NCBI GenBank assembly: GCA_001643675.2
Contig: LSRY02000063.1
Location: 1-64,000 of the forward strand
Reading direction: 5' to 3'
Source of the DNA: Monocercomonoides exilis PA203
Lineage: Eukaryota; Protista; Preaxostyla
DNA length: 64,000 nt
Both the position numbers and the translations under genes were made by a program. The notes under the pieces were generated by a model. It was not told the origin of the DNA. It saw only the letters and a list, made by a program, of their open reading frames with translations, and ran no database searches. Every line of letters begins with the position of its first letter. Position 1 is the first letter of the stretch. Of this stretch, positions 38,416-50,827 are shown in pieces.

Positions 38416-39810
38416 TTAAGAACTCGAAACCCAAATTTGGGGCTGGCCTTTGTAAATCTTGACGCTCAGGCCATGTTCAGAAACAGTTTGAGTTGCTCCT
38501 GAATACAGCTCCCTCACTTTTTCTCCTTGTTTGAACGGCAAGTATGTAACATTTCGAGAGATGATGTCATCGTACTTGTTGGTTGTGCACACCAATGTCT
38601 TTCCGCGAGAAAAAGCATAAAAAACATCATCAACGTAACGTTCAACATGAGACTCCTTTGGACTGATTTTCTGCCTCTGCTTAGAAGCCACAGAAATGAA
38701 ACGGTACAATTCGTGGTTCTTGTTCCATCCGGCTTTCCACATCGGCTCTCTGTTATTTGGATCGTCTCCTCCGTTGAATCCTTGCTCGGTTCCATAATAA
38801 ATCAGCGGAATAGACCCGCCAAGAATGTTGAACGCCAATGCATTTTTAAGAGACTTCCAGTCTCCGTTTATGTTAAGCCAGCGTTTGTTGTCGTGGTTGT
38901 CGATAAAACCACCGAGCAGTGACACATCAACTCCAGCATTTGCATATTCATTAAAGCGCTGGCGTAATTGATAGCATGACTGCCCATACGCATAGACATT
39001 CATCAAAGTATAGTACATTGGATATGAAAGCTGTCCTGGCATAATTCTCGTGTAGCCTTTTAGATAATCAACATTTCCATCAAATACCTCTCCCAGCATA
39101 TAAACATTTGGCACGCTTTTCACAAGTTCTGCCCAAAAATCTTTTGGTACGTGCTTTATTGTGTCAATTCGAATTCCGTCTAATGAATATTCATTGATGA
39201 TCCATTTGCACCATCTTATCAATTCATCCCTCACCCAAGGATTTTCATGTTTCAAATCGGGCATATTTGATAATCTGCAATTTTCAACTTCCCATTGATT
39301 GTCCCAGTGGTATATGTCGCATTTATCATGGTAGTGTTCAGGCTTGTTGAAGGGGCTAATTTTTGAAACATCATCTCCAACAGCTACATGATTAAAAACT
39401 AAATCGACCATCACCCAAATATCCTTTTGTTTGCATGCATTCACAAGGTGCTTCAAAGAGCTTGAATTTCCAAAATGTGTATTCAATGCGTAAAAGTCTG
39501 TTGCGGCATATCCATGGTAATTTTTTGGAGGATTTGCAACAATGGGAGATATCCAAATGGCGTTTGCTCCGAGATCTTTAATGTAATCGAGATGCTTTTC
39601 AATTCCTTCCCATGTTCCTCCGCAATAATCGTGGAGATCACAAGAAACACTTTGATTGTTTGACAGAGAGAATCTATCTGTTATTATTTGATAAATAATT
39701 CTTGATTTCCATTCCTCATTTGTTTTTCCAAAAGTTATCTTTTTTGACGTGCTATTCATGTGCAGAAGGAGAGCCACAAATAGCATTAAATTATTCCCAA
39801 CAAAAATCAT
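38416..39810 (-). CDS. Secreted GH13 alpha-amylase (Taka-amylase-like), intronless
   Basis: IYQIITDRF, YCGGTWEGIEKHLDYIKDLG, YHGY, DLVFNH; catalytic GIRIDTIKHV, GEVFD and FIDNHD; hydrophobic N-terminus. Confidence 0.95.
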   Translation of the reverse strand: MIFVGNNLMLFVALLLHMNSTSKKITFGKTNEEWKSRIIYQIITDRFSLSNNQSVSCDLHDYCGGTWEGIEKHLDYIKDLGANAIWISPIVANPPKNYHGYAATDFYALNTHFGNSSSLKHLVNACKQKDIWVMVDLVFNHVAVGDDVSKISPFNKPEHYHDKCDIYHWDNQWEVENCRLSNMPDLKHENPWVRDELIRWCKWIINEYSLDGIRIDTIKHVPKDFWAELVKSVPNVYMLGEVFDGNVDYLKGYTRIMPGQLSYPMYYTLMNVYAYGQSCYQLRQRFNEYANAGVDVSLLGGFIDNHDNKRWLNINGDWKSLKNALAFNILGGSIPLIYYGTEQGFNGGDDPNNREPMWKAGWNKNHELYRFISVASKQRQKISPKESHVERYVDDVFYAFSRGKTLVCTTNKYDDIISRNVTYLPFKQGEKVRELYSGATQTVSEHGLSVKIYKGQPQIWVSSS

Positions 39811-40282
39811 TTTTCCTATGCAATTTGAAATTTTTTATAATACTCTTGATCATAAAATCCAATTTCTCTTGACAAACAAAAATATGTTTTAATGAATGAA
39901 AAAATAAAAGAGAAATGCCACAGAAGTCATTGATTTAACTAAACCTTTGCGACAGACCGACATTTTCCAAAATGTTCGACAAGTCGACCGACAATGCAAA
40001 AATATTTCTGTAACAATTGAATTTATTTTCATTTTTTTTATTCGTTTTTTCTTTTCATGGTATCAAAATTTTTTGATTAATAAATAGAAAAACAAACAAA
40101 TCAACGATTATCTTTTTTTTGATGGAAATGACTAATTTTTAACATTTTGCTAATATGAATTTGATTTTTCATGGTTTCGAAATTAAAAAATTATCATTAG
40201 TCCATAAAAAATAACTTATTATCCTTTTTAACAAAAGATTTTCTATTTTTCATTTGTTTCAAAAATTCATTTTTTCGACAAT

Positions 40283-40333
40283 GATCAGTCGGTCGAATAG
40301 ATCAGTCAGTCGAACAGATCAGTCGGTCGAACG
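40283..40333. repeat. 3 x 17-bp subterminal tandem repeat (GATCAGTCGGTCGAAYA), putative transposase-binding array
   Basis: gatcagtcggtcgaata/gatcagtcagtcgaaca/gatcagtcggtcgaacg. The core is the reverse complement of TCGACCGAC, which occurs near both element ends (39984, 48391). Confidence 0.8.
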
Positions 40334-40359
40334 GAAAAATTGATTATTTGATAGATATC

Positions 40360-43300
40360 ATGATACAATTAACAACATATGAGGATTTTTTAAGAAGCTT
40401 GCCTTTGGAATTACAAAACAGTGCAAAATCAAAAGAAATCGTTTGAATTTAACATAATTCAAGTTTTGACAGAAACTTTTTCATTTCTTTTTTTTTCAAA
40501 AGAGTGCTGTATTAAGCAAAAAAATAGAAGAGCTGAAAAAATGTGATTGTTCATTTGTTGAGTTGGAATGTTCAAAATCAACAAATTTTGGAAAATGTTT
40601 GATTTTTTCAAGTTTTGATCAAAAATTATATCATTTCATTTGTTTTGATTATTATCCAGTTTACAGGCATCCTAATAACACTGGAGAAGATATAGGAAAA
40701 GTTCACTTTGAAATTCAAAAAAATTCAGTTTGGATAGCTAATACGCCTGTGAAAAATGATGGAACATTGAAAAAAGATGGACATATTTATTATTTGTGTC
40801 CAAACAGCAAAGAAGGAGTTAATTGTGGAGTTTCCGGAAGAAAAGGATGTGATCGAATAATTAATCATCAATGTCCCCTTATGACAAATTCATCAATCGT
40901 CAAATTTATGAAACAGAATCATCCTCTCAAACAAGCAACTTATTACTCAAACAAAAAAGAAGTTCCATTTCATTTTCAATATGATTTATTGAAAAAACAA
41001 TTTTTGAGGTTAATTGGACATTGTAACATTGCATTTTTGTCCGCTTATTCATCTGAGTTAAACAGTTTCATTTCTTCTCTTATACAGATTTCTCAACAAA
41101 ATCCATCATTTTCTCCAGAAACCATATTTCCAACATTGAATTACAGAAAACTATCAGCAATAATACATGACGAAGTGGAAGGTGCAATTAAAGAAAGGGA
41201 TGCTGCAATTTTCAATTCTTCAGTCGGTATTATGATTGACGGTGGAGTTATCGCGGGCAAAAAGTACACAGCTGTTACTGTGGTTCCGTTGAATCCAGGT
41301 GCAAAGCCAATGTTTTATAAATTAGTAAAAGCGTACTACACTTCCTTTGATTATTCGCAACTTGCAGTCAAAATTATGACCGAAATAAAAGATTTACACG
41401 GAGAAGTTCGGTGTTTTTGCACAGACGGCTTGCTTCCTCAGAAGCTTGCAATTCAGAGCCTTTCAGAAGAAACCACAACAGCAAAATCTTTGTCATTTTT
41501 CAAAGGAACACCACCAATTTTTATTTATTGTTGCAACCATTTATTAAACTTAGTTGTTTCTCATTTTTTCAACAACAACGAATTCTTTCGAACACAGAAA
41601 GATGCAATTATTTCATTTACGAAACAAGCGAAGGTGATTTCCCGAAGGCAACCCTCAACACCAAAATGCCCTTCATTCATTGAAACAAGATGGCTTTGCA
41701 TTTTTGATATTTGTTTTTTTATTAGAAAACATTTTCATGATGATATTTTTTCTGAATTACAGGAATTGATTTTTTTCGAAAATGTGATCAAATGTGAACT
41801 ACTATTATTTCCCTTAAGAGAACTTCAGTTACAGTTCGAAAAAGATGAAACGAAGTTAGGAGATGTATTCCCTCTGCTGGTGAAAGCATTTGCTCGCTTC
41901 TCATGGATGCAGGACCTTGAAGAATTCTCAGAAGAAAACTGGCAATCTGGTTTATGTGATATTATAATCCTTTTGTTTAATTTTTTTTGCAGGCGATAGG
42001 GGAAACCTGATCTCTTTGGCCTTTTCATTGACTCCTGGAGGGAGAAATAACTATCAAATGGGTTCTTTTTCTGAGTCTTACAACCAAGAATTGAAAAGGC
42101 TGAAAGCGAAATACGAACTTGTTTTTCGTCGTGAATCATTGGATCAAACAACGAAACACTCTGAATCAAAAACAAATCAACAAAACTTGATTCAAAAAAC
42201 TTCTGAAAAAAGGAATCCATTTTACACATTTGAGCAATCAAAACATATGCCATCCGCTTCTATTTCGTCTTCGTCCTTCGAATCCTTTTTCGATTCCTCC
42301 CCTTCGTCTTCATCTTTTTCTGATTCTTCATCAAGTTCGCCTTCAAATTCTTCATCGTGTTCTCCTTCAAATTCAACATCATATTCATCTATGAACGTAG
42401 GACAAATTTCATCAAATCAAGTTATCGATTATGATCCGAGAACTTTTATCTTCGAAAAACGAAATGACCGAAAAAAAGAATTATTTTCAAAAACCTCAAA
42501 ACAAATCTTTGAGTCCAGAAGTCCAATTGATAGCGATATTTTTCCAAATAAATAGTCATTCGTTTTGCCTTCTTCTTCGTCAACATACTCATCTAACCCT
42601 TTCACAATTGATTCGTTTTATTCAGCACTTCAGTCACTTAATCCATCACTCTATGATAACTCAAATAAAGACTCATCCATCATTCCTCCGTCAAATCAGT
42701 CTTCTTCAGCCAAAGTTTTTGAAAAAAAAGAAAGCTCATTTCCAGGATACTCTCGAATTGTTCAACTTCTTCAAATAATTGAAGAAAACTCTTCAACAAA
42801 ATGTGAAGAATCTTCTTTGAAACATGAGGAGAAAACAGATGAAACAGATGAAGATGAATATGGACTATTGCAAGCCGAAAGCGATTCTGAAGAAGATGAA
42901 TATACTGAAAAATCTGAGACCTCTTCGTCAACAATGAAAGAAAATGTTATTCACAACACTCGATACAAAAGGCGAAAAGAAAATGAAGATTGTTCTGAAG
43001 AAAAAGGAAAAAATGATACGGATGATTTGGATGATGATGAAGAAAAGAAAAATGAAGAATATGAAGATGATATTGTTTTCATCTGTTCAAATGAACAAAT
43101 TGAAATTGGAACTCAAAAAAATTTGGAGCAAAAAGTTAAAGAAACAAGAAACATACAAGAGAAAATTGATATGGACTGGTTCATAAGAATGAAAAGTGGA
43201 TTTCATTGTTATATATCAAAAGTGTTTCTAAACCAAACAGAAAACTTCAAGGAAAAGCTAGAAGCTTTGTATTCGTCATTTCTTCTTGATTGTCATCAAT

Positions 43301-43512
43301 CATATCTGCAAAATAATTTATTTGTGTTGTTTTCAGAAATAAGCAAATCTGGGATATTTCATTCGATATTTTCGAATGTTTGCTTCGCCTTGGTTACTTT
43401 TCCGTGTAGCGAAGCTTCTTGTGAGCGCCTCTTTTCTCGACTTCGACGTATTGTTGGTGATAGAAGACACTCTCTTTCTTTAGAAACTCTCAATAATTTA
43501 CTTTTTCTTTAG
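40360..43512 (+). CDS. hAT transposase (~1000 aa, 2 introns; one homopolymer frameshift ~41990 and one in-frame TAG at 42553)
   Basis: IMIDGG (D1), FCTDG (D2), YCCNHLLNL (CxxH), ETRW, and C-terminal dimerisation domain FPCSEASCERLFSRLRRIVGDRRHSL. Introns 40441-40502 and 40597-40659 give a continuous frame from ATG 40360. Confidence 0.88.
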
Positions 43513-44159
43513 CTTTTTTTTTTCATTTTTGTTCAATTAACGTGCTCCTTTGTTATGAATCATATTACGCTTTTAAATAAAAAGCTAAATCTTTTATTGA
43601 AAATTTGACAATTATCACTTTTTGCTTCACATCTCCACTTGTTCATAAACAAACATTTTTTTCTGATGTTGAAGTCGAATTTATTTTTCGATATGATGCA
43701 TTTTCAAACAAAAATTGTGAACATTCTCTTATTTGCTCGTTCACGAACAACATCTTTCTGCAAAAACATATGTTAACAATTTATGACGTCACACGTATGC
43801 TGACTTCCTCAAAAATTTTTCCAAATATCTATCTTCCATCTTCTCTTTAGTAAAACTTTTGATCATTCCAGCAAAAAAAGTTATAATCCTTCAACTGATT
43901 GAATAACTTCTAATTTTCTTAACTTCTCTAATATATTATTTCAAGATGTCTCAGGTTGAACATCTCGTGCGTATTCCATGAATCCGTTTTGCACGCTTCC
44001 GCTTTTATTTTGCTTTAATTTGCTATTTCCTCCAAGCTAATTGCATCTGATACAGTAAGAATTGTCATCCCTTTTGTGAAATGAACAATAAATTCTCTTT
44101 TTTGATCCTTCAAGCTCAATCTTCTTTCAGAATAATGCTGTACACATGATTTCTCAATC

Positions 44160-47100
44160 TCTTTCATTTAACTTCTTTCAATCTTAATCATATCTGCCCT
44201 TTCTCCTTTTTCAATCTTGTCTCCTGCAATCACAGCGTCGTTCTCACCAAACTGTATCTAAAGTGTCAGGCACTCCCACAGCTGCATTCCTTCATAAAAA
44301 GCCGCTGACTCCTTTGTTGCTCCCATGCTCTTGTTGATCATCGGCTCTGGCGCCTTCCACAGCATGGACTCTTTTCTGTTGTCCTCTTCATCCTCAAAGG
44401 CAGACGAAGGTGGTGGTGATTTTGAGAATCTCTCGCTCTTCACAGAAACATCAGAGGAAGAGGTGACAATTGTCGAGGTGGAGGAAAAAGTGGATGAAGT
44501 GTCTGAGTCTGAGGAGCAGTCGGAGTGGAGGGCAATGCAGATGACCATGTGCTCAGAAAACAGCACGATGTGAGGACTGAAATTGGCAAGAGATGAAAGA
44601 GGATTGTTCATTTCATCAAATGAGTGGAGTGCCAAATTGACCACCCAGAACAGGATCTGAGCAGCCGAGACTTCTCGCTCCTGAAGAGTGCCAATCGCCA
44701 TCTCTTTCTTCGCATTCCTTCCATGAAGCAGCATGAACAGCGAATCCCTCAAGTCCACAATCAGCTTCTCATGAGGCGAGGAGCAGGCCATTGCATCCAC
44801 CAGATTCGACATGGACGAAGTGGTTGGGCACAGATCCTCTCCTCAAACAAATGTCGTATCTGTATCTGAAGTATCTGTGGATTAAATGGATGGTGATGGT
44901 GTTCTTTTCCTTGCCTCTTCTTCAATATTCTCCAACATCCATTCTGGGATCTTGTCTGAGTCTCTTCCCAGAATGTATTCAGTGGAGCCACATTCACTCA
45001 GCAAATGCTCTGATGACTCTGAGTGTCCCAAACTTTTCTCGTACACCCTCTTCTTGATCCTCTCTTCATTCTTCTTCTCTGCCTCTCTTTCGGCTCTCCT
45101 CCACTGCTCCTCAGGAGACATCTCCATCGTCACCATCTCAAACGCCTTCGGATCATTCTTCATTGTATCATTCACAATCTCTCTCAAATCTTTCGCTTCA
45201 TTCTTTGCTTTTCTCCAACAAATTGAAACAATAACAGATTTAAACAAAACAACAAATATCGGACAAATAATAGTCCATAATGATTTCCGCTCTTTCTCTC
45301 CTTCAACAATTCTTTCATCTTCTTTTTCAACACTTTCACTCCTGTTCCTCAGCACAGCTGCTGAAGTGAAGGAAGAAGCATCTGCTTTCCCAAACACAAT
45401 CCATACACACACTTCTGTCTCTTCTCTAACTTTCTCTAATTCTGAAGACGAAATAATTGAATGGATCTCATTCTCCGAAATATAACCTTCTTCATCAATT
45501 TGCTTTCTCACTATTTCTTCTTCATCCCCTTTTTTCATGCTTATCTTCACAGACAAATCACATGGCAGAAGCAGCTTCCCATGAATGATCAACTCCAGTT
45601 CGCCTGTTGATTGTGTTGCATTCTTCACATCTTCAAGAACAGGAATAAAGAAGGGAGATGCTCTTTCAGCTGCTATCCCTCCCAATCTGCATCCCTCATC
45701 CAATATCCAAAGCGATGAGTTATCTTTCAGTCCATCTCCTCCTTTCACGCTCGCGACATTCAGTTCGCAATTCCCTGCGCAGATCACAAACCTTCGAGCT
45801 GATGGATATCCCTCAATCGATGGGTTGCAGTTCTCAAACTTTCCATTTTCAATCCTCACACTCCCTCCACTCACCCACAACCCACCTCCCTTGCTATTTC
45901 TGATTGTTGTTTCCTTCATCTCCACTTTGCTCTTCTCAACACCAACCAATGACCCATTCCATTTGCACAATCCCTCTTTTCTATTGTTTTCTTCATTGAC
46001 AAACTCATTTTCTTCTTCTCCATCAAACACACAATTCACAATTCTCACATCCTTTGACTGTCTAATCTGCATCATGCTTCCCTTGTCTACCGAATTCGCG
46101 CATTTTCCAAACGAGCAGTTCAGCACATTCACCTCTTGTTCAGCATCTTCCATCCCAATCACACGCCCCTTTGACATCAGAGTCATATTTTCAACTGCCA
46201 TCTCTTTCATCTCCACTTTCGCTTTCCCTCCAACACTCACAATATCTCCCTCACATTTGATATTCGATATTCTTGCTTCATCTATTGTTATATTCGATTC
46301 TTTATTGAACGAAAGCATTGATCTTGTTGAATGCAAGTCCCTGAATGTTGTGTCTGAAATCTTCAGCTCTACGCTTTCCACGCTCACAACCGAACTGTTC
46401 AACTTCGTCTCAGCGGTTGCTACTGAAGAGTAGAATTCATATTTATGGATCTCCATTGACCCGTTCTTCACTTTCATTATGTAGCTGTGAGTCGCCACAA
46501 ATGTATCTTCAAACTCGAACGAGCATCTCTCCGCAGCGCTTTCATTTATAAACTCCATGATGCAATCCTTTTCATCTTGTTTCGCTATATCCAATTTCAG
46601 CATCACAACCACCTGAGACTTTTTGTAAAAATTCACATTCAGATCCCGGATGGTGCATTCGCCCGAAACAACTCCTTCTCCGTCAATCAGAATCGTATTC
46701 ATCACTCCTTCCTGAATGTGATCAACCGCGCAGTTGAAACTGCTGCATGGACTGCTCTGTGCCCAGCATCGTCTGCCATCACTTACCGTTCCATTCACAA
46801 ACACATGAAGTCCATAATAATATGTTATCAACAGAATCAGATCAACATCTCCCTCACCCTCTATATCTCTCCCACAGATCGAGTTGTTCGAGTTCTGCGA
46901 TTCCTGATTGTTGTTCAACGCAAACAGTGTTTCATTGATCTGATGAGCGATCGAGTGGCATCTGACAAATATATCTTTTCCTGCATGAGCCTCATTCATC
47001 ATAAACAGGATGTTATCAATCTTGAATTTCAGAGGAGGATCCTGACTTTCATTTTCATAATTCGCATTTGGATTAGTCCCATCAATAAACAGCCCTCCAC

Positions 47101-47300
47101 TACGCTCTGATTCCGTCGAGCACTTGCAAATCAAAAAAGAGCTATCATTTATTTTTCAAAAATGATTCTTAGATCTTCACCACAACTTTCATCCCTCCTT
47201 TTTCTGTGCTATAAGCACTTTTGTAACTGTTCATTGCACACTCATCAAAAATGCGTTTTATGGAATTATCAAATGAGCCCTAAGCACTTACTCCATCCTT
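44160..47300 (-). pseudogene. Cargo: 5'-decayed copy of the receptor-kinase-like surface protein family inside hAT-1
   Basis: ORFs 44882..47134 (750 aa) and 44258..44812 align to the C-terminal ~1070 aa of the 2.7k-aa protein (NPSIEGYPS, EMVTMEMSPEEQWRRAEREAEKKNEERIKKRV, ACSSPHEKLIVDLRDSLF, WKAPE). Frameshift ~44885, TAG at 44258. Confidence 0.9.
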
Positions 47301-49129
47301 GTTTCATTCATTCATGTGCACGAAAATTAACGGTCATTAACTTTTAACACAGGGATTCAATTTTTTGTTTGGCTGTTTTTTTCAATATTCTGAGTTGATA
47401 AAACGCTCATTCCTTTTTCAAGTGCAATCTCATTTATCGAAATCATGCATCTCCTCCTTTTCCAACAATCTGATTAATTCGAAACAAAAATACAAATATC
47501 ACAGTTCAACTCATATAAAAACCTTTCACATATCACAATTATATTAGTCGCTTTTCAAAACTTCAATTCAATGTTGAAACAAACTTTTTGAACGCATTAA
47601 ATTCTGAGTAACAAGGTTGGAAAATAACTATATTTTTTTAATTGGATTTTTTGCATTCGAAAAGATTTGTTGAGTTCAAAGTCTATATATAATTCTTGCT
47701 TTTTGTTTTATTATCATCGAGATGACAAGAAACTTTATTTGAAAAGAGTTTTCAAACTTCAAAAACATTAGTTTATTTAGCAGTTAAAAAAAAAATCATT
47801 TTTCTGAAATATCTTTGAAAGTTCATTTTTTTAAACACAAAAACAAAAATTAAAATATTCAACAATTTGATAGAGAGTAATATTGATTTCAAAAACGTTA
47901 TTTGTGCATTCTTTATTCTCAAACTAATCTTTGAAATAATGCGGAAAATATTAAATCGAGAAATTCCAATATTACAGCGTGCTGATTTCTTGAAGTTGGA
48001 AAAAGGTAAATCTGAAGTTTAATTCATTTGTAAAATAAAGAACAAAAAGTTAATGATCAATTTATTTCGCTTTATTACTTTTAAGCCAGTTTGAAGATTC
48101 AAAAAGTTAAAATCTCACACATTTGTTTAGAATGCTTATAATTTGAAAATGCCATTCATCTGATACGAGTGAACTCAAAAATTCAGCCAGAAAGGATTAT
48201 TTCTCCAACAATAAAAAGATCAATTTTGTAATTATGGTGCTTTTATACGATAAAAATGAATACTTGAAACAGGTTATTTTTATATTTTAAAATTAAAAAT
48301 TAATAATGACAAAAATATTAAAAAGTCACCAAAATTTCCTAATACTGTGAAAAAATCGAAAAAATGCGATCTCGACATTGCACATCATCTTCGACCGACA
48401 CATAAATCAAAAAAATCTCTTGTCGCAAAGGCTAAGATTTAACTTCACTCGAAAAATATAATTTTAAAAAACTCAAATTTGTTAGCATTATATGTTTTTT
48501 TCTCAGAACTAACAAAAAAATGAAAGGTGAAGAGTTTTTGTTAATTTTTCACAAACGAAAATAAACATCTGCATCGCATGCCTTCTGACGTGAACATTTT
48601 TGGAGTGACGTGACGTGACCAGAAAAAAACTTTTTCAATTATTTAAAAGAATATTACTTTCATTAAAAAAGAAAATGCAGGTTATAATTGAATTTTATTC
48701 ACAATTTATTCTTTTTAACATTGGAATTTTATAATAAATATGTTTTGATTTTTCTTTGATAATCATTTGCAAATATTAATTCCATAATGGGTTGTCTCGT
48801 GATCAATTTTTTTATGGAATGAATACCATTGCACTTACGTCGCTGCATGTCACAGAAATGATTTAAGTCAATAGTCCATTTTTTCAAATGAATGTGGTTT
48901 TAACTTATTTAATGTCTTTGACAAAATTTTCATCTAATAAATATTTTTGTATTTATTGTTTGAGAATAATTCTTGTTTTTTCAAATTCACTTTTATTTTA
49001 TCTCACTCATTTGAATCATAAAAGCATGTAATTCACATAGAAGTGAAGTATACGAACGATACACTTATGTTAATTCAATCAATGGTAAAAGTTTTGAGGT
49101 GAAACGAAAAATGCCAACTGCAGGGAGGC

Positions 49130-50443
49130 ATGGATAGCTACTACGGGAATGTGCGTGGTGTGGTGGGTGTTTGGCAGCTAGTAGGATATTTAAAAAAGTG
49201 CAGAACAGTGGCAGGGCAGGTTGCAATGGCGATGGAATTGAAATTATTGGCGTTTGCTACGATATTTGAAAATGGAAATGTGAAGTTGGGGAGGAATGGA
49301 GGATGCGTGCTGGTGGTTGATGAAAGGGAGTGCAGGGTGAAGAAAACGAGAATAGTGAATTCGTTTAAGGGAGGGATTGGGCAGCGCGGGGGCATAGTGG
49401 TGGTGGTGGACAGCGTGGAGTTTGGGGACAACAACCCGCTGATCGAGGGGTATCCGTCGGTGCGGCGGAACATGGTGTGCAGCGGGGGATTGGTAGTGGA
49501 GGTGCAGGGCATCCGGAACGGGGAGTGTGCGTGGGAGAGCGGGTCGTGGTGGATCATGGAGGAGGGGTGTGTGGTGGAGGGTGCGAGTGGAGGGGCAGGC
49601 GGGGGCGAGCGGGTGAGGACATACCTGTTTGAGAGCACAGGGCAGAACACAGAGCGGTGGGGATACGGGAGGATCGGGCGAGAGGTGATTGAGAAGAGCG
49701 GGGCAGAAGAGGAGGTGCTGGTCTGGGTGGTGAATTTGAGAGAGGAGCTGGCTGTGGAGGAGTGGGTAAAAGGAAAATGAAAGGAAGTGAGGGTTGGGAA
49801 GGATAAAGAAAAAGGAGGATAGTTCTCTGCGACTGCAGCGAATGCGCTGGAGGGGAAAGGGGAAGGTGCAGGCGGGAGGCTGAGTCTTCATGAGTGGTGT
49901 AGGCAGCCAATCATCCTTTTTATTGGGATGAGTGAGGTGGGGATGGTGATGGCGGCGATTGAGCGGTGCTGTGTGTAGCCACGGCGGCAGGTGGAGTCTG
50001 GGGAAAATATTCTGGGGCAGAACCGAGAGAAGCATGAAGCGGCGTTAGAGCCGGTGAGGATGTTCGGGACAGATGGGTCCTAGATGGTGGTGCTGCTGAG
50101 TGCGCTTGTGCAGGACAAGGAGGTCGTATTAAAAGAGCTGAAGATCAAAACGGAGAGTGAAGGTGCTGAAGGTGTCGAATGAAGAGATGAGAAGAAAGTG
50201 AGGATGAAGCAAAGGAGATTCATGATTGAAATGAAAGAAAAGAAGGAGGTGGAAGAGAAGAGAGAGGATAAAAGGCAGAAGATAGAGGAGAAAGAGAGGG
50301 AGAGGAGAGGAGAGAAGAAGGGAAAGAAAAAGCAGAAGATAAAGAGGAGGAAGTGGAAATGGATGATGAAGATGAAGAGGAAGGAGAGGAAGAAGCAGAG
50401 AGAGGGCTGTGGAGAAATATGCTGCGACAGTGATTTTTTTTAA
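49130..50443 (+). pseudogene. Degenerate GC-rich fragment of the same surface-protein family
   Basis: NSFKGGI..EFGDNNPLIEGYPSVRRNMVCS..WWIMEEGC corresponds to NSPDGGI..FSSNNPSIEGYPSMRRNIICS..LWMLNEWC; downstream frames are broken. Confidence 0.7.
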
Positions 50444-50827
50444 ACATAATTATAATAAAGTATTTTTAATTAATATTCATGGATAACAATCTCTCAAGTC
50501 AATTATAAACCGAACAACATATCAAATATATATATATATATATTTGCAAAAAAAAACAATTGTTTAATTGAAAGGATAAAATTGTCTTTTGAGAATTGAA
50601 AAAATGCAATATGAAAATCATAATAATGATGTCAATTTTTGAAAAAACTTATTAAGCTTAAAAAATATGAAAAGTATTTATTTTTATAAAAATGACAAAT
50701 AATAATAATGAGAAAAAGAAAACAAAACTTCAAATAGGGTAATTTTTTTATTAGTACTCATTTTTTTCATAAGAACACAAAATTTTCGAAATGAAAAAAC
50801 AAAATTAATAAAAAAAAATAAAAAATT

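Larger units (their letters stand above)
39940..48435 (+). mobile_element. hAT-superfamily DNA transposon (hAT-1, 8.5 kb) with host-gene cargo
   Basis: TIRs TAAACCTTTGCGACA (39940-39954) and TGTCGCAAAGGCTAA (48421-48435), 13/15 match. Perfect 8-bp TSD GATTTAAC at 39932-39939 and 48436-48443. hAT transposase inside. Confidence 0.92.

Noticed and set aside
40283-40333. Short direct repeats as a CRISPR array
   Set aside because: Contiguous 17-mers without spacers, eukaryotic context, no cas genes.
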